DNA of 64,000 nucleotides from an uncultured bacterium (GTDB lineage Bacteria > Pseudomonadota > Gammaproteobacteria > Burkholderiales > Burkholderiaceae_C), in assembly GCA_966212505.1 (NCBI GenBank), contig CBIHRS010000027.1, positions 1-64,000 on the forward strand, written 5' to 3'. Below the pieces are notes generated by a model, which did no database searches, had not been told where the DNA came from, and saw only the letters and a program-made list of their open reading frames with translations. A program made the position numbers and the translations under genes. The number at the start of each line of letters is the position of its first letter. Within the stretch, counting starts at the first letter, position 1. This document shows, piece by piece, positions 9,522 to 20,266 of this stretch.

Positions 9522-9562
9522 CCGCTCCCTCGATACATCCGACCCGAAGCCCTGCCCGCGCC

Positions 9563-9742
9563 ATGACCAACTCCGGCCGCATCAACGCCAGCCAGCAGCC
9601 CCGCCTGGGCCGCCGTGCGGGTGCGTGCGCCGCCAGTGCGTTCGGCATGCCGACGGTCGGCCTGCATCTGTCCGCCTGCCTGTGGCCCCAGGGGTCGCTT
9701 GGCGAGAAGGATCCGATGCATCCGGGCCAGGGAGGCGGCTAG
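9563..9742 (+). CDS. small Gly/Ala-rich hypothetical protein (59 aa), or the body of an sRNA
   Basis: This ORF falls below the cutoff of the supplied track. It shows strong GC3 bias typical of coding in this genome. It has a promoter upstream and a strong intrinsic terminator immediately downstream. No obvious SD sequence. Confidence 0.3.
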   Translation: MTNSGRINASQQPRLGRRAGACAASAFGMPTVGLHLSACLWPQGSLGEKDPMHPGQGGG

Positions 9743-9774
9743 CGCCGCGCGCCCTGTCAACTCGAACACCACGA

Positions 9775-9815
9775 GGCCCGGATCCCTGCCAAGGATCCGG
9801 GCCTTTTGCTTTTTC
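9775..9815 (+). terminator. rho-independent terminator
   Basis: Perfect 11-bp stem GGCCCGGATCC/GGATCCGGGCC with a 7-nt loop, followed by TTTTGCTTTTTCT. Confidence 0.8.
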
Positions 9816-9848
9816 TGTTCCGTGTGCGGCAAACGAGGGAGAACTCCG

Positions 9849-10424
9849 ATGCAACAAGACACTCATAGTCACGTGCTGCAGCTTGACATCCAGGGCACGC
9901 CCCAGGCGTGGATCTCGCTCGAGCAGGCAGCCTTGCACTACGCGACCGGCTCGGTGGCCTGGGTCGATGGCGACAGCCCGTTGCGGGTGCTGCGCGGCGG
10001 CTGGAACGCCACGGCCGGCCGCCAGTCGATGATCGAGGTGCATCCGATCATCGCGTTGACCGGCGCCTCGCGGATCAACCTGTTCGACGTGGTGCCGTCG
10101 TTCAGCAAGCACAAGCTGTTCCGTCGCGACCGCTTCACCTGCGCCTACTGCGGCCAGCGTTTCCATGAGCGCGACCTGCAGTGCGAGCACATCGTGCCCG
10201 AGTCGCGTGGCGGCCGCTGGACCTGGATGAACCTGGTCTCGGCCTGCGGCCTGTGCAACGGCCGCAAGGCCGCGCGCACGCCCGAGGAAGCCGGCATGCC
10301 GCTGCTGTACCTGCCCTACGTGCCCAGCCGCTTCGAGGACTTTCTGCTCGAAGGCCGGCACATCCGGACCGACGTACACGAATGGCTGGCCTCGCGGCTG
10401 CCGAAAGGCTCACGTCTGAACTGA
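9849..10424 (+). CDS. HNH endonuclease-domain protein
   Basis: 191 aa. C-terminal HNH motif (CAYCGQ...CEHIVPESRGG...NLVSACGLCNGRKA). The ~95-aa N-terminal region is not recognised. SD GAGGGAG upstream of ATG 9849. Confidence 0.8.
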   Translation: MQQDTHSHVLQLDIQGTPQAWISLEQAALHYATGSVAWVDGDSPLRVLRGGWNATAGRQSMIEVHPIIALTGASRINLFDVVPSFSKHKLFRRDRFTCAYCGQRFHERDLQCEHIVPESRGGRWTWMNLVSACGLCNGRKAARTPEEAGMPLLYLPYVPSRFEDFLLEGRHIRTDVHEWLASRLPKGSRLN

Positions 10425-10554
10425 ATTGGCCGAGACCGGCACAACGCTCACAGGCCAGGGGTTGGGGCACATGCCCGCCCCGCCGGTGCGGACAGGCCCG
10501 GGCGCATGCCCGTCGGCGGTCCGCATGCCGCGAGCCGGGGTCGGTTGATACCAC

Positions 10555-10628
10555 TGTTGGATAGCTCAGTCTGGTAGAGCAGCGCACTCGCAATGCGTTT
10601 GTCGCGGGTTCGACTCCCGCTCCAATGC
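10555..10628 (+). tRNA. tRNA gene, anticodon CGC (Ala-type by anticodon), with a non-canonical acceptor stem
   Basis: Cloverleaf folded by hand: D-arm GCTC/GAGC, anticodon stem GCGCA/TGCGT with loop CTCGCAA, 5-nt variable loop, T-arm GCGGG-TTCGACT-CCCGC. The acceptor 5' TGTTGGA pairs with 3' TCCAATG through U1-G72 and G2-U71 wobbles. It lacks the G3-U70 Ala identity pair. No encoded CCA. Confidence 0.55.
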
Positions 10629-10882
10629 CCTAGCTGGTTGAAAACCAACGTGGAAACGACGGTCGAAAGACCACCGCCGAACGCGGGCCCCGGCGTCTTC
10701 GGACGCCGAGCCCGTCAGCGATGCCGGCCTGTGCGGTGGACCCGCCCGTGCCGCATGCCTGCAGCCAGCCGAAGCGCCGCGCAAGGAGGGACGGCGACAA
10801 GGCGCACTGCATGGCCTGTGCTCGGGACTCAACGCCCCCGCGCATCGCTGTAACGGCACCTTTTGAAGATGAGGAGAAGAAC

Positions 10883-12022
10883 ATGATGGGATTCAAGCGA
10901 ATCACGGTGAGGAAGAACGAGCGCGGCCTGCTGCTGCGCAATGGCGACTTCGAGCGCGTGCTCAAGCCGGGCGTGCACTGGCTGTTCGGCGGGCTCGACC
11001 ACCTGCGCGTCGAGACCTTCGCGCTCGAGCAGCCGGCCTTCACGCATGCGCTGGCCGACTACTTGATGGCGAAGGAGCCCGAAGTCGTTGATGCCGAGTT
11101 CGTGCGCGTCGAGCTCGGCGAAACACAGGCCGGCCTGCGCTACGAGAACGGCGTGCTGGTGGAGCTGCTGCCGCCCGCCACGCGCCGGCTGTATTGGAAA
11201 GGCCTGGTCGACGTGCGTGTCGACGTGGTCGATATCGAAACTTCGGCCGAGTTGCCTGTCGAACTCGTCACGCGTCTGACGCAGACCCAGTTGCGCCAGC
11301 GTGCCATTGCAGGCGTGGCCGGCGTGCTGCAGGTGCAGGTGCCCGAGCATTCGGTGGGCGTGCTGTGGATCGACGGCAAGATCGATCAACTGCTGCGGCC
11401 CGGCTCGCACGCGTTCTGGAAGTACGGCCGCAACGTGACGGTGGAGCTGGTGGACCTGCGCCTGCAGGCCATCGAGGTCAGCGGCCAGGAGATCCTCACG
11501 CGCGACAAGGTCGGGCTGCGGCTCAACCTCTCGGCGAGCTACCGCTTCACCGACGTGCTGAGCGCCTTCACGCAACTGCAGAAGCCGGCCGACCAGCTCT
11601 ACCGCGAGCTGCAGTTCGGCCTGCGCGCCGCGGTGGGCACGCGCAGCCTCGACGAACTGCTGGAAAACAAGAACGTGATCGACGAGGTGGTGACCGCGCA
11701 CGTGCGCAGCAAGCTCTCGGCCTATGGCCTGGAACTCGACAGCGCCGGCGTGAAGGACATCGTGCTGCCGGGCGAGATGAAGACCATCCTCGCCCAGGTG
11801 GTCGAGGCGCAGAAGTCGGCCGAGGCCAATGTGATCCGCCGCCGCGAAGAGACCGCCGCGACACGCTCGCTGCTCAACACCGCCAAGGTGATGGAAGACA
11901 ACCCCACCGCCCTGCGGCTGAAGGAGCTCGAGACGCTGGAGCGCGTGGCCGAGCGCATCGACAAGATCTCGGTCTTCGGTGGGCTGGACCAAGTGCTGAG
12001 CGGGCTGGTGAAGCTGCGCTGA
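10883..12022 (+). CDS. SPFH/band-7 (stomatin-like, slipin family) protein with ~165-aa N-terminal extension, no predicted TM
   Basis: The C-terminal 210 aa are a classic stomatin/SPFH domain (ILTRDKVGL, LSAYGLEL, KDIVLPGEMK, QVVEAQKSAEANVIRRREE). The N-terminal region carries a second, degenerate SPFH-N-like module (ITVRKNERGLLLRNGDFERVLKPGVHWLF versus VQVPEHSVGVLWIDGKIDQLLRPGSHAFW). SD GAGGAG. Confidence 0.8.
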   Translation: MMGFKRITVRKNERGLLLRNGDFERVLKPGVHWLFGGLDHLRVETFALEQPAFTHALADYLMAKEPEVVDAEFVRVELGETQAGLRYENGVLVELLPPATRRLYWKGLVDVRVDVVDIETSAELPVELVTRLTQTQLRQRAIAGVAGVLQVQVPEHSVGVLWIDGKIDQLLRPGSHAFWKYGRNVTVELVDLRLQAIEVSGQEILTRDKVGLRLNLSASYRFTDVLSAFTQLQKPADQLYRELQFGLRAAVGTRSLDELLENKNVIDEVVTAHVRSKLSAYGLELDSAGVKDIVLPGEMKTILAQVVEAQKSAEANVIRRREETAATRSLLNTAKVMEDNPTALRLKELETLERVAERIDKISVFGGLDQVLSGLVKLR

Positions 12023-12056
12023 GCGGAGCCGTCATTTCAACCAGAGACACATCCTC

Positions 12057-13085
12057 ATGAAGAACGAGCAACTCCCGGCGCTCGAGACGCCGGTCAAGGT
12101 GAAGCAGCCGCCGGTGCTGTTCAGCCGCACGCAGGCGATCATCGGCCGCTTGGCCGAGCGCCTGGGCGGCCCGGTGGTCGCCTACTGGAACGGCCCGCGC
12201 GGCTCGGTGTGCAACAGCGACGTGGTGGCCCTGTACCACGTGCTGCAGCGCCAGCCGCGCGAGCACGACACCATCTATCTCTTCATCAAGTCGGACGGTG
12301 GCAACGGCCAGGTGAGCCTGCGGCTGGTGAACCTGCTGCGTCAGCACTGCCGGCAGCTGGTGGCGCTGGCGCCGCTGGAATGCGCCTCGGCCGCGACGAT
12401 GGTGGCGCTGGGCGCCGACCGCATCCTGATGGGCCCCACCGCCTACCTGACGGCGGTGGACACCTCGCTGAACCACGCGCTCTCGCCGGTGGACCGCGAC
12501 AACGACCGGGTGAGCGTGAGCCTGAACGAGCTGCAGCGGGTGGTGAAGCTGTGGCGCGAGCAGCAGGGCGACGTGAAGGAGAACGCGTACAAGAGCCTGT
12601 TCGAGTATGTGCACCCGCTGGTGATCGGCGCGGTGGACCGCGCGGAAAGCCTCTCGCTGATGCTGTGCCGCGAGCTGCTGGCGTACCACATCGCCGACGA
12701 AGCCAAGGCCGAGACCATTGCGAGCGCGCTGAACGGCAAGTACCCGTCGCACAGCTACCCGATCCTGCTCGACGAGGCGGTGAAGATCGGCCTGCAGGCC
12801 GAGCGCATGCCGGCCGACGTGAGCACGCTGCTGCTGCAGCTCAACGCGCTGTACAGCGAGATGGGCCAGAAGGCCACCACCGACTTCGACGAGCTGCGCG
12901 CGCACAGCAACGAGATCCTGAACATCTGGGAGTCGATCGGCGCGCAGGTGTACTACCAGCAGGACAAGGACTGGTTCTACCGCTCGGAAGAACGGCGCTG
13001 GATCACGATGAACGACAACAGCGGCTGGCGGCGCATCGAGCGTGAAGGCTCGCGCATCAAGCGGGCGCCGCTGCACGTGGCGTGA
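12057..13085 (+). CDS. ClpP/crotonase-fold serine peptidase (S49/SDH-like, NfeD-type partner of the SPFH protein)
   Basis: 342 aa starting 35 bp after the SPFH stop. Clp-fold motifs IYLFIKSDGGNG and ECASAATMVALGAD. No TM segment. C-terminal extra domain. Confidence 0.65.
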   Translation: MKNEQLPALETPVKVKQPPVLFSRTQAIIGRLAERLGGPVVAYWNGPRGSVCNSDVVALYHVLQRQPREHDTIYLFIKSDGGNGQVSLRLVNLLRQHCRQLVALAPLECASAATMVALGADRILMGPTAYLTAVDTSLNHALSPVDRDNDRVSVSLNELQRVVKLWREQQGDVKENAYKSLFEYVHPLVIGAVDRAESLSLMLCRELLAYHIADEAKAETIASALNGKYPSHSYPILLDEAVKIGLQAERMPADVSTLLLQLNALYSEMGQKATTDFDELRAHSNEILNIWESIGAQVYYQQDKDWFYRSEERRWITMNDNSGWRRIEREGSRIKRAPLHVA

Positions 13086-13109
13086 GCAGGGAGCAGCGGT
13101 AAAGAAAAA

Positions 13110-13135
13110 CGGGAGCCGGCGAAGACGCCGGCTCC
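13110..13135. terminator. perfect 11-bp hairpin (GGGAGCCGGCG-AAGA-CGCCGGCTCCC), bidirectional terminator candidate
   Basis: GC stem located 25 bp after the protease stop. The A-tract on its 5' side gives a U-tract for a minus-strand transcript. The plus-strand 3' side is not U-rich. Confidence 0.55.
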
Positions 13136-13167
13136 CGAAATGCTCCTATGGCAACTGCGAGCGGATG

Positions 13168-13188
13168 ATACTGTAATTTCATACAGCA
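13168..13188. promoter_or_regulatory. LexA (SOS) box-like palindrome TACTGTAATTTCATACAGCA
   Basis: Matches the beta/gamma-proteobacterial LexA consensus CTGT-N8-ACAG including the flanking TA/CA. It lies in a 300-bp spacer of lower GC with no convincing ORF. Coordinates are +/-1. Confidence 0.45.
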
Positions 13189-13445
13189 TTGAGCAAACAT
13201 GGGGACAACTCCGGAACAACGCCCGACTCATCCACAGCGAGAGCACGCTCGCCCAAGTTGTTGTCGGCCCGGCTGCCATCCGCACGCATTCAACCAACAC
13301 GGTTGAGGCGCTCGCAACTCATTGATGCCAAAGGCAAAGGCGCCGCCATCCACAGGAAAGCGCGCGCCCTACTACCGCTACCACTGAAGAAATACGACTT
13401 CGTGAGGAAGTAGAGACGAAGGCGGGGACAAGGCGTCTTGCCTCG

Positions 13446-15275
<1,830 letters not shown>

Positions 15276-15381
15276 GGTTGGTCTGTCCTGTGGAATGGAA
15301 TGGGGCAGATGCTAGACGTCGACAAACGAAAGATGCCTTCAAATTTCTTCCAGTTTTACTCTTAAATTTCTCTAATGCGAG

Positions 15382-15407
15382 TTCATGAAATCTTCATTCG
15401 AATGAAG
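15382..15407. promoter_or_regulatory. tandem palindromes TTCATGAA and CTTCATTCGAATGAAG in the AT-rich divergent glmS/lrp intergenic region
   Basis: A perfect 8-bp and a perfect 16-bp palindrome lie 25-50 bp upstream of the AsnC/Lrp gene start. Probable Lrp-type operator overlapping the promoters. Confidence 0.5.
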
Positions 15408-15431
15408 GTATTTATAGATTCATAATTTCCC

Positions 15432-15917
15432 ATGGATCTCGACACCACCGATCTCCGACTGCTCGAACTGCTGCAGACCGACGCCTCGCTCTCCAACCAG
15501 GCGCTCGCCGAGGCGGCCCATGTGTCGCCGGCGACTGCACTGCGCCGCGTGCGCCGGATGGTCGAGGGGGGAATCATCGAGCGGCAGGTTGCGCTCGTTT
15601 CGCCGCACACCGTGCCTGGCGGCGGCCTGACCGCCATTGCGGAAGTCAGCCTCGACCGCCAGGGGGCCGAGCAATTGGCCGCGTTCGAAGCACGCGCCGT
15701 CGCCGACGAAGGCGTGCAGCAGTGCTACCGCGTGTCACCCGGCCCCGACTTCGTGCTGGTGCTGTGGGTGCACGACATGCCGGCCTACCACGCGCTGGTG
15801 CAGCGCCTGTTCACGCAGGACGCCAACGTGCGCAACGTGAAGACCTTCTTCAGCGTGCACCGGGCCAAGTTCGAGCCTAAGCTCAGGCTCAGAGCTTCAG
15901 CAGCACCAGCCCCTTGA
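15432..15917 (+). CDS. Lrp/AsnC-family transcriptional regulator
   Basis: 161 aa. N-terminal HTH (LDTTDLRLLELLQTDASLSNQALAEAAHVSPATALRRVRRM) followed by a RAM domain. Confidence 0.88.
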   Translation: MDLDTTDLRLLELLQTDASLSNQALAEAAHVSPATALRRVRRMVEGGIIERQVALVSPHTVPGGGLTAIAEVSLDRQGAEQLAAFEARAVADEGVQQCYRVSPGPDFVLVLWVHDMPAYHALVQRLFTQDANVRNVKTFFSVHRAKFEPKLRLRASAAPAP

Positions 15918-17070
15918 GGTATTCGCCTTCGGGGAAGGTGATCGTGGTGGGGTGGTCGCAGGCCCCTTCCAGCCGCGCGAGGATCGCGCCGTCGACGTTG
16001 GCATCCAGCCCCGCCCCCGCGACGATCTTGTGGAACAGCTCGGCGCCGATGCCGCCCGAGCACGAGAACGTGAGCAGCAGCCCGCCGGGTGCGAGCAGTT
16101 TCAGGCCGAGGCGGTTGATGTCCTTGTAGGCCCGCGCGGCCCGCTCGGCATGCGCCGCGGTGGGCGCGAACTTCGGCGGGTCGAGGATGATCGCGTCGAA
16201 GCTGCGGCCGGCCTTGAGGCTGTCGCGCAGGTATTGGTTCACGTCGGCATCGACGAACTCGGCCCTGGCGGGATCGAAGCCATTGAGCGCCACATGATCC
16301 GCCGCACGCTGCAGCGCTGGCGCCGATGAGTCCACGCTGACCACCGATTCGGCGCCTCCCGCCAGCGCCGCGACCGTGAAGCCGCCGGTGTAGCAGTAGC
16401 AGTTGAGCACGCGCTTGAGGCCGAAGTGGCGCACCAGCTCGGAGAAGCGCTGGCGGTTGTCGCGCTGGTCCAGGTAGAAGCCGGTCTTGTGGCCCTCGGC
16501 CACGTCGAGCGTCAGGCGCCAGCCGTGCTCGCGGATGGTCACCGCGGTGGCGCCCTCGCCGCGCAACCAGCCGCTCACTGGCGCCAAGCCTTCGAGGCCA
16601 CGCACACCGGAATCCGAGCGCTCGTACAGGCGCTGCAGACCGGTGGCCTTGAGCAGCAGGTCGGCGATCACCGGCTTCCAGCGCTCGGTACCGGCCGAGA
16701 GGAACTGCGCACTCAGCACATCGGCATAGCGGTCGACGATCAGGCCGGGCAGGCCGTCGGCCTCGCCATGGATCAGGCGCACGCCGTCGCTCTCGATCGG
16801 CAGCCGCGAGCGCAGCGCCACCGCCTTGGCGATGCGGCGCTCGAAGAAGGCGGCATCGATGCGCTCGGCCTCATCGAAGCTCCAGGCCCGCACCCGGATC
16901 ATCGAACTCGGGCTGAACGAGGCCCAGGCCAGGAAACGGCCGTCGCTGGCCTCCACCCGCACCGTCTCGCCGGGATCGGCCTTGCCGCTGGCGATGCTGC
17001 CCTGGAACACCCACGGGTGACGGCGCAGCAGCGAGCGCTCCTTGCCTTCGCGTAGCTTGATGACTTTCAT
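15889..17070 (-). CDS. rlmI: 23S rRNA (cytosine1962-C5)-methyltransferase RlmI-like class I SAM MTase
   Basis: 393 aa. PUA-like N-terminus (KRLLRRHPWVF) and a SAM-binding Rossmann fold (VLNCYCYTGGFTVAAL). 3' end overlaps the convergent lrp-like gene by about 29 bp. Confidence 0.85.
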   Translation of the reverse strand: MKVIKLREGKERSLLRRHPWVFQGSIASGKADPGETVRVEASDGRFLAWASFSPSSMIRVRAWSFDEAERIDAAFFERRIAKAVALRSRLPIESDGVRLIHGEADGLPGLIVDRYADVLSAQFLSAGTERWKPVIADLLLKATGLQRLYERSDSGVRGLEGLAPVSGWLRGEGATAVTIREHGWRLTLDVAEGHKTGFYLDQRDNRQRFSELVRHFGLKRVLNCYCYTGGFTVAALAGGAESVVSVDSSAPALQRAADHVALNGFDPARAEFVDADVNQYLRDSLKAGRSFDAIILDPPKFAPTAAHAERAARAYKDINRLGLKLLAPGGLLLTFSCSGGIGAELFHKIVAGAGLDANVDGAILARLEGACDHPTTITFPEGEYLKGLVLLKL

Positions 17071-17094
17071 GCCGCGATTGTCTCGCGGCCCGGT

Positions 17095-18036
17095 TCACGC
17101 CTTCTTCTTCGCCCGCGGATGCGCCGCGTCGTACACCTTGGCCAGGTGCTGGAAGTCGAGCTGCGTGTAGACCTGCGTGGTACGGATGTCGGCATGGCCG
17201 AGCAGCTCCTGCACGGCCCGCAGGTCGCCGCTCGACTGCAGCAGGTGCGACGCGAAGCTGTGGCGCAGCATGTGCGGATGCACGCTCGTCGGCAGGCCGG
17301 CCTGCAGCGCGAGCGCCTTCAGCCGCGAGCGCACCTGGCTGGCGGTGAGCCGCGTGCCACGCCGGCTGACGAAGAGCGCCGGCTCATCGGCATCGGCGAT
17401 CTGGCCCCGCACCTGCAGCCAGTCGGCCACCGCGCGCAGCGCCGGCGCGCCCACCGGCACCGCGCGACGCTTGCTGCCCTTGCCCAGCACATGAGCCGTG
17501 CCATCGGCCGCGTCGATCCACGCCACGGCCTTGGCATGCGCCTGCCGGTCCAGCGCCACGAGCTCGCCGACCCGGAGGCCGCAGCCATAGAGCAGCTCGA
17601 CGATGCAATGGTCGCGCGTTCGCAGCACCGGGTCGGTCAGCGGGTTGTCCTGCTCGGCCAGCGCCACCGCCTGCTCGACGCCCAGCGCCTTGGGCAGGGG
17701 CTTGCCTGCCTTGGGCGCGCGAACGCCTTCGACCGGGTTCTGTGTGATGCCGCCTTCGCGGCCCCACCAGCGGTACAAGCCGCGCCATGCCGACAGCAGC
17801 AGTGCGATGCTGCGTGGAGAAAGGCCGCCGGCATGCGCCCGCGCGGCCCAGCGCCGCACGTGATGCGGCTGCACGTCCGCCAGTGCCACCTTGTGTTCGA
17901 GCGCGGAGGCTTCCAGCCGTTTGAGCGCATCGCCATAGAGCGCAAGGGTGCGCCCGGCCAGCCGGCGCTCGACCTTCAGATGCTGCAGGTAGCGCTGCAG
18001 CTGCGGATCGTCGACCGGCGCGGCGTCGGCGCCCAT
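17095..18036 (-). CDS. xerC: tyrosine recombinase XerC
   Basis: Xer N-terminal core-binding region (YLQHLKVERRLAGRTLALY) and C-terminal catalytic R..HxxR..Y motifs (HMLRHSFASHLL, LLGHADIRTTQVYTQL). Start at Met114 of the long ORF. Synteny with DUF484 and dapF. Confidence 0.9.
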   Translation of the reverse strand: MGADAAPVDDPQLQRYLQHLKVERRLAGRTLALYGDALKRLEASALEHKVALADVQPHHVRRWAARAHAGGLSPRSIALLLSAWRGLYRWWGREGGITQNPVEGVRAPKAGKPLPKALGVEQAVALAEQDNPLTDPVLRTRDHCIVELLYGCGLRVGELVALDRQAHAKAVAWIDAADGTAHVLGKGSKRRAVPVGAPALRAVADWLQVRGQIADADEPALFVSRRGTRLTASQVRSRLKALALQAGLPTSVHPHMLRHSFASHLLQSSGDLRAVQELLGHADIRTTQVYTQLDFQHLAKVYDAAHPRAKKKA

Positions 18037-18047
18037 GGCATCGCCAG

Positions 18048-18740
18048 TCAGTCTGCGGGCAGCAGCCGCGACAGTGCCGCGCCGGCCACCTCGCCGATGC
18101 GCATCAGGAACTCGGTGCCCATCTCGGCGGTGTAGCGCGTGGGGTCGGGCGAGCCCAGCACCAGCAGGCCGAAGGCATTGTTCTCGGCCGCGCCATGCCG
18201 CAGCGGGATCATCGCGAGCGACATCACGCTGCCCGCGTCCTCCAGCCAGCCCGCGGCCTCGAAGCCGGAGTTGACGCCGCAGTACGGCAGCGTGAGGCTG
18301 GACGCGAAGCTGCGCACGTCGTCGCTGACCGCCTGCGCGAAGGGCAGCGCCTGGTAGGCCTCGGCCACGCCCCACAGGCGCACCGCGGCCTGCGGGATCA
18401 GGAACTGGTGGCGCAGCTCGCCCACCAGCACCTCGGGGAGCTGCGAGGGCTTGGGCGTGAGCAGGATCGCCCGGGTCCAGCGGTGCAGCCGGTCGGCGAT
18501 GGCGACGTTCTCCTGGCCGTTGCGGATCATCTCGATGATCTTGAACTCCAGGCCCTTGATCTTGTCGCGCAGCATTTCCATCTGCCGTTCCTGCAGCGAC
18601 ACCGCACGCTGCCCATGCGGGCTGGTGAGCTGCACGGAGGCCAGCAGCTCCGCATGGCGTTCGAAGAAACCGGGCGTGTTGGCCAGGTAGTTCGCGATGT
18701 CGTTCTCGGTGATGCCGCGCACGGCGTCGCTACTGCTCAC
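18048..18740 (-). CDS. DUF484 family protein (YigA-like)
   Basis: 230 aa. Conserved position between dapF and xerC as in many proteobacteria. Confidence 0.75.
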   Translation of the reverse strand: MSSSDAVRGITENDIANYLANTPGFFERHAELLASVQLTSPHGQRAVSLQERQMEMLRDKIKGLEFKIIEMIRNGQENVAIADRLHRWTRAILLTPKPSQLPEVLVGELRHQFLIPQAAVRLWGVAEAYQALPFAQAVSDDVRSFASSLTLPYCGVNSGFEAAGWLEDAGSVMSLAMIPLRHGAAENNAFGLLVLGSPDPTRYTAEMGTEFLMRIGEVAGAALSRLLPAD

Positions 18741-19591
18741 AGCTCGATCTCTCCTTCAAAAACCGTTTCGGCGGGGCCGGTCATCAACACGTGCGAATCG
18801 CCGCCGGCCCACTCGATGGTGAGCCTGCCGCCGCGCGCCTCCACCTCGACCTTGGCATCGAGCCAGCCGAGGCGGATGCCGGCCACCACGGCCGCGCAAG
18901 CGCCGGTGCCGCAGGCCAGCGTCTCGCCGGCGCCGCGCTCGAACACGCGCAGCCGCACACGGCCGCGATCGACCACCTGCAGGAAGCCGGCATTGACCTT
19001 GCGCGGAAAGCGTTCATGCGCCTCGATCAGCGGGCCCTGCGTGAGCACGGGCGCGCTATCGACGTCGGCCACGCGCTGCACCGCATGCGGGTTGCCCATC
19101 GACAGCACCGCCACTTCGGCGCTGCTGCCGTCGGCCAGTTGCAGCGGCCACAGCGCAAAGCCGTTGAGCTCGCGCGGCTGCAGGCCGGCGGCATCGAACG
19201 GCACCTGCGGCAGGTCGAAGATCGGGCGATTCATGTCGACGGTGACCCGGCCGTCGTCCTGCATGCGCAATTCGAGCAGGTTGTTGACCGTCTCGACGCG
19301 CACCACGCGCTTGTCGGTCAGGCCGTGCTCGCGCACGTAGCGCACGAAGCAGCGCGAGCCGTTGCCACACTGCTCGACCTCTTCGCCGCTGTTGTTGTAG
19401 ATGCGGTAGCGGAAGTCGACGCCCGGCGTGCTGCTGCGCTCGACGACCAGGATCTGGTCGGCACCGACGCCGAAGCGTCGGTCGCCCAGACGGCGGTAGT
19501 GCTCCGCCGTCAATGCCAGGGGTTCACGGGTGGCGTCGAGCACGACGAAGTCGTTGCCCGCGCCGTGCATCTTGGTGAAGCGCAGCCTCAT
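18737..19591 (-). CDS. dapF: diaminopimelate epimerase
   Basis: N-terminus [15 protein letters not shown] and a second catalytic Cys region ([13 protein letters not shown]). Confidence 0.95.
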   Translation of the reverse strand: MRLRFTKMHGAGNDFVVLDATREPLALTAEHYRRLGDRRFGVGADQILVVERSSTPGVDFRYRIYNNSGEEVEQCGNGSRCFVRYVREHGLTDKRVVRVETVNNLLELRMQDDGRVTVDMNRPIFDLPQVPFDAAGLQPRELNGFALWPLQLADGSSAEVAVLSMGNPHAVQRVADVDSAPVLTQGPLIEAHERFPRKVNAGFLQVVDRGRVRLRVFERGAGETLACGTGACAAVVAGIRLGWLDAKVEVEARGGRLTIEWAGGDSHVLMTGPAETVFEGEIEL

Positions 19592-19600
19592 GGGCCCGAA

Positions 19601-20266
<666 letters not shown>

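Noticed and set aside
10448-10555. Three GCATGCC-containing direct repeats (GGCACATGCCCG / GGCGCATGCCCG / CCGCATGCCGCG) upstream of the tRNA
   Set aside because: Too short, irregular and unspaced to be a CRISPR array. Probably GC-rich secondary structure or an att-like remnant. Mentioned only in the tRNA/HNH finding.
13189-13413. 74-aa TTG-initiated ORF downstream of the LexA box
   Set aside because: GC3 is about 68%, well below the roughly 90% seen in real genes here. Composition is arbitrary and Arg-rich. More likely non-coding. Kept only as a candidate in the SOS-box finding.
15889-15917. 29-bp convergent overlap of the lrp-like and rlmI 3' ends
   Set aside because: Short 3'-end overlaps of convergent genes are common in compact GC-rich genomes. 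No functional inference.
17095-18036. Tyrosine recombinase as a possible phage or island integrase marking a mobile element
   Set aside because: Sequence and the conserved dapF-DUF484-xerC synteny identify it as the chromosomal dimer-resolution recombinase XerC, not an integrase.
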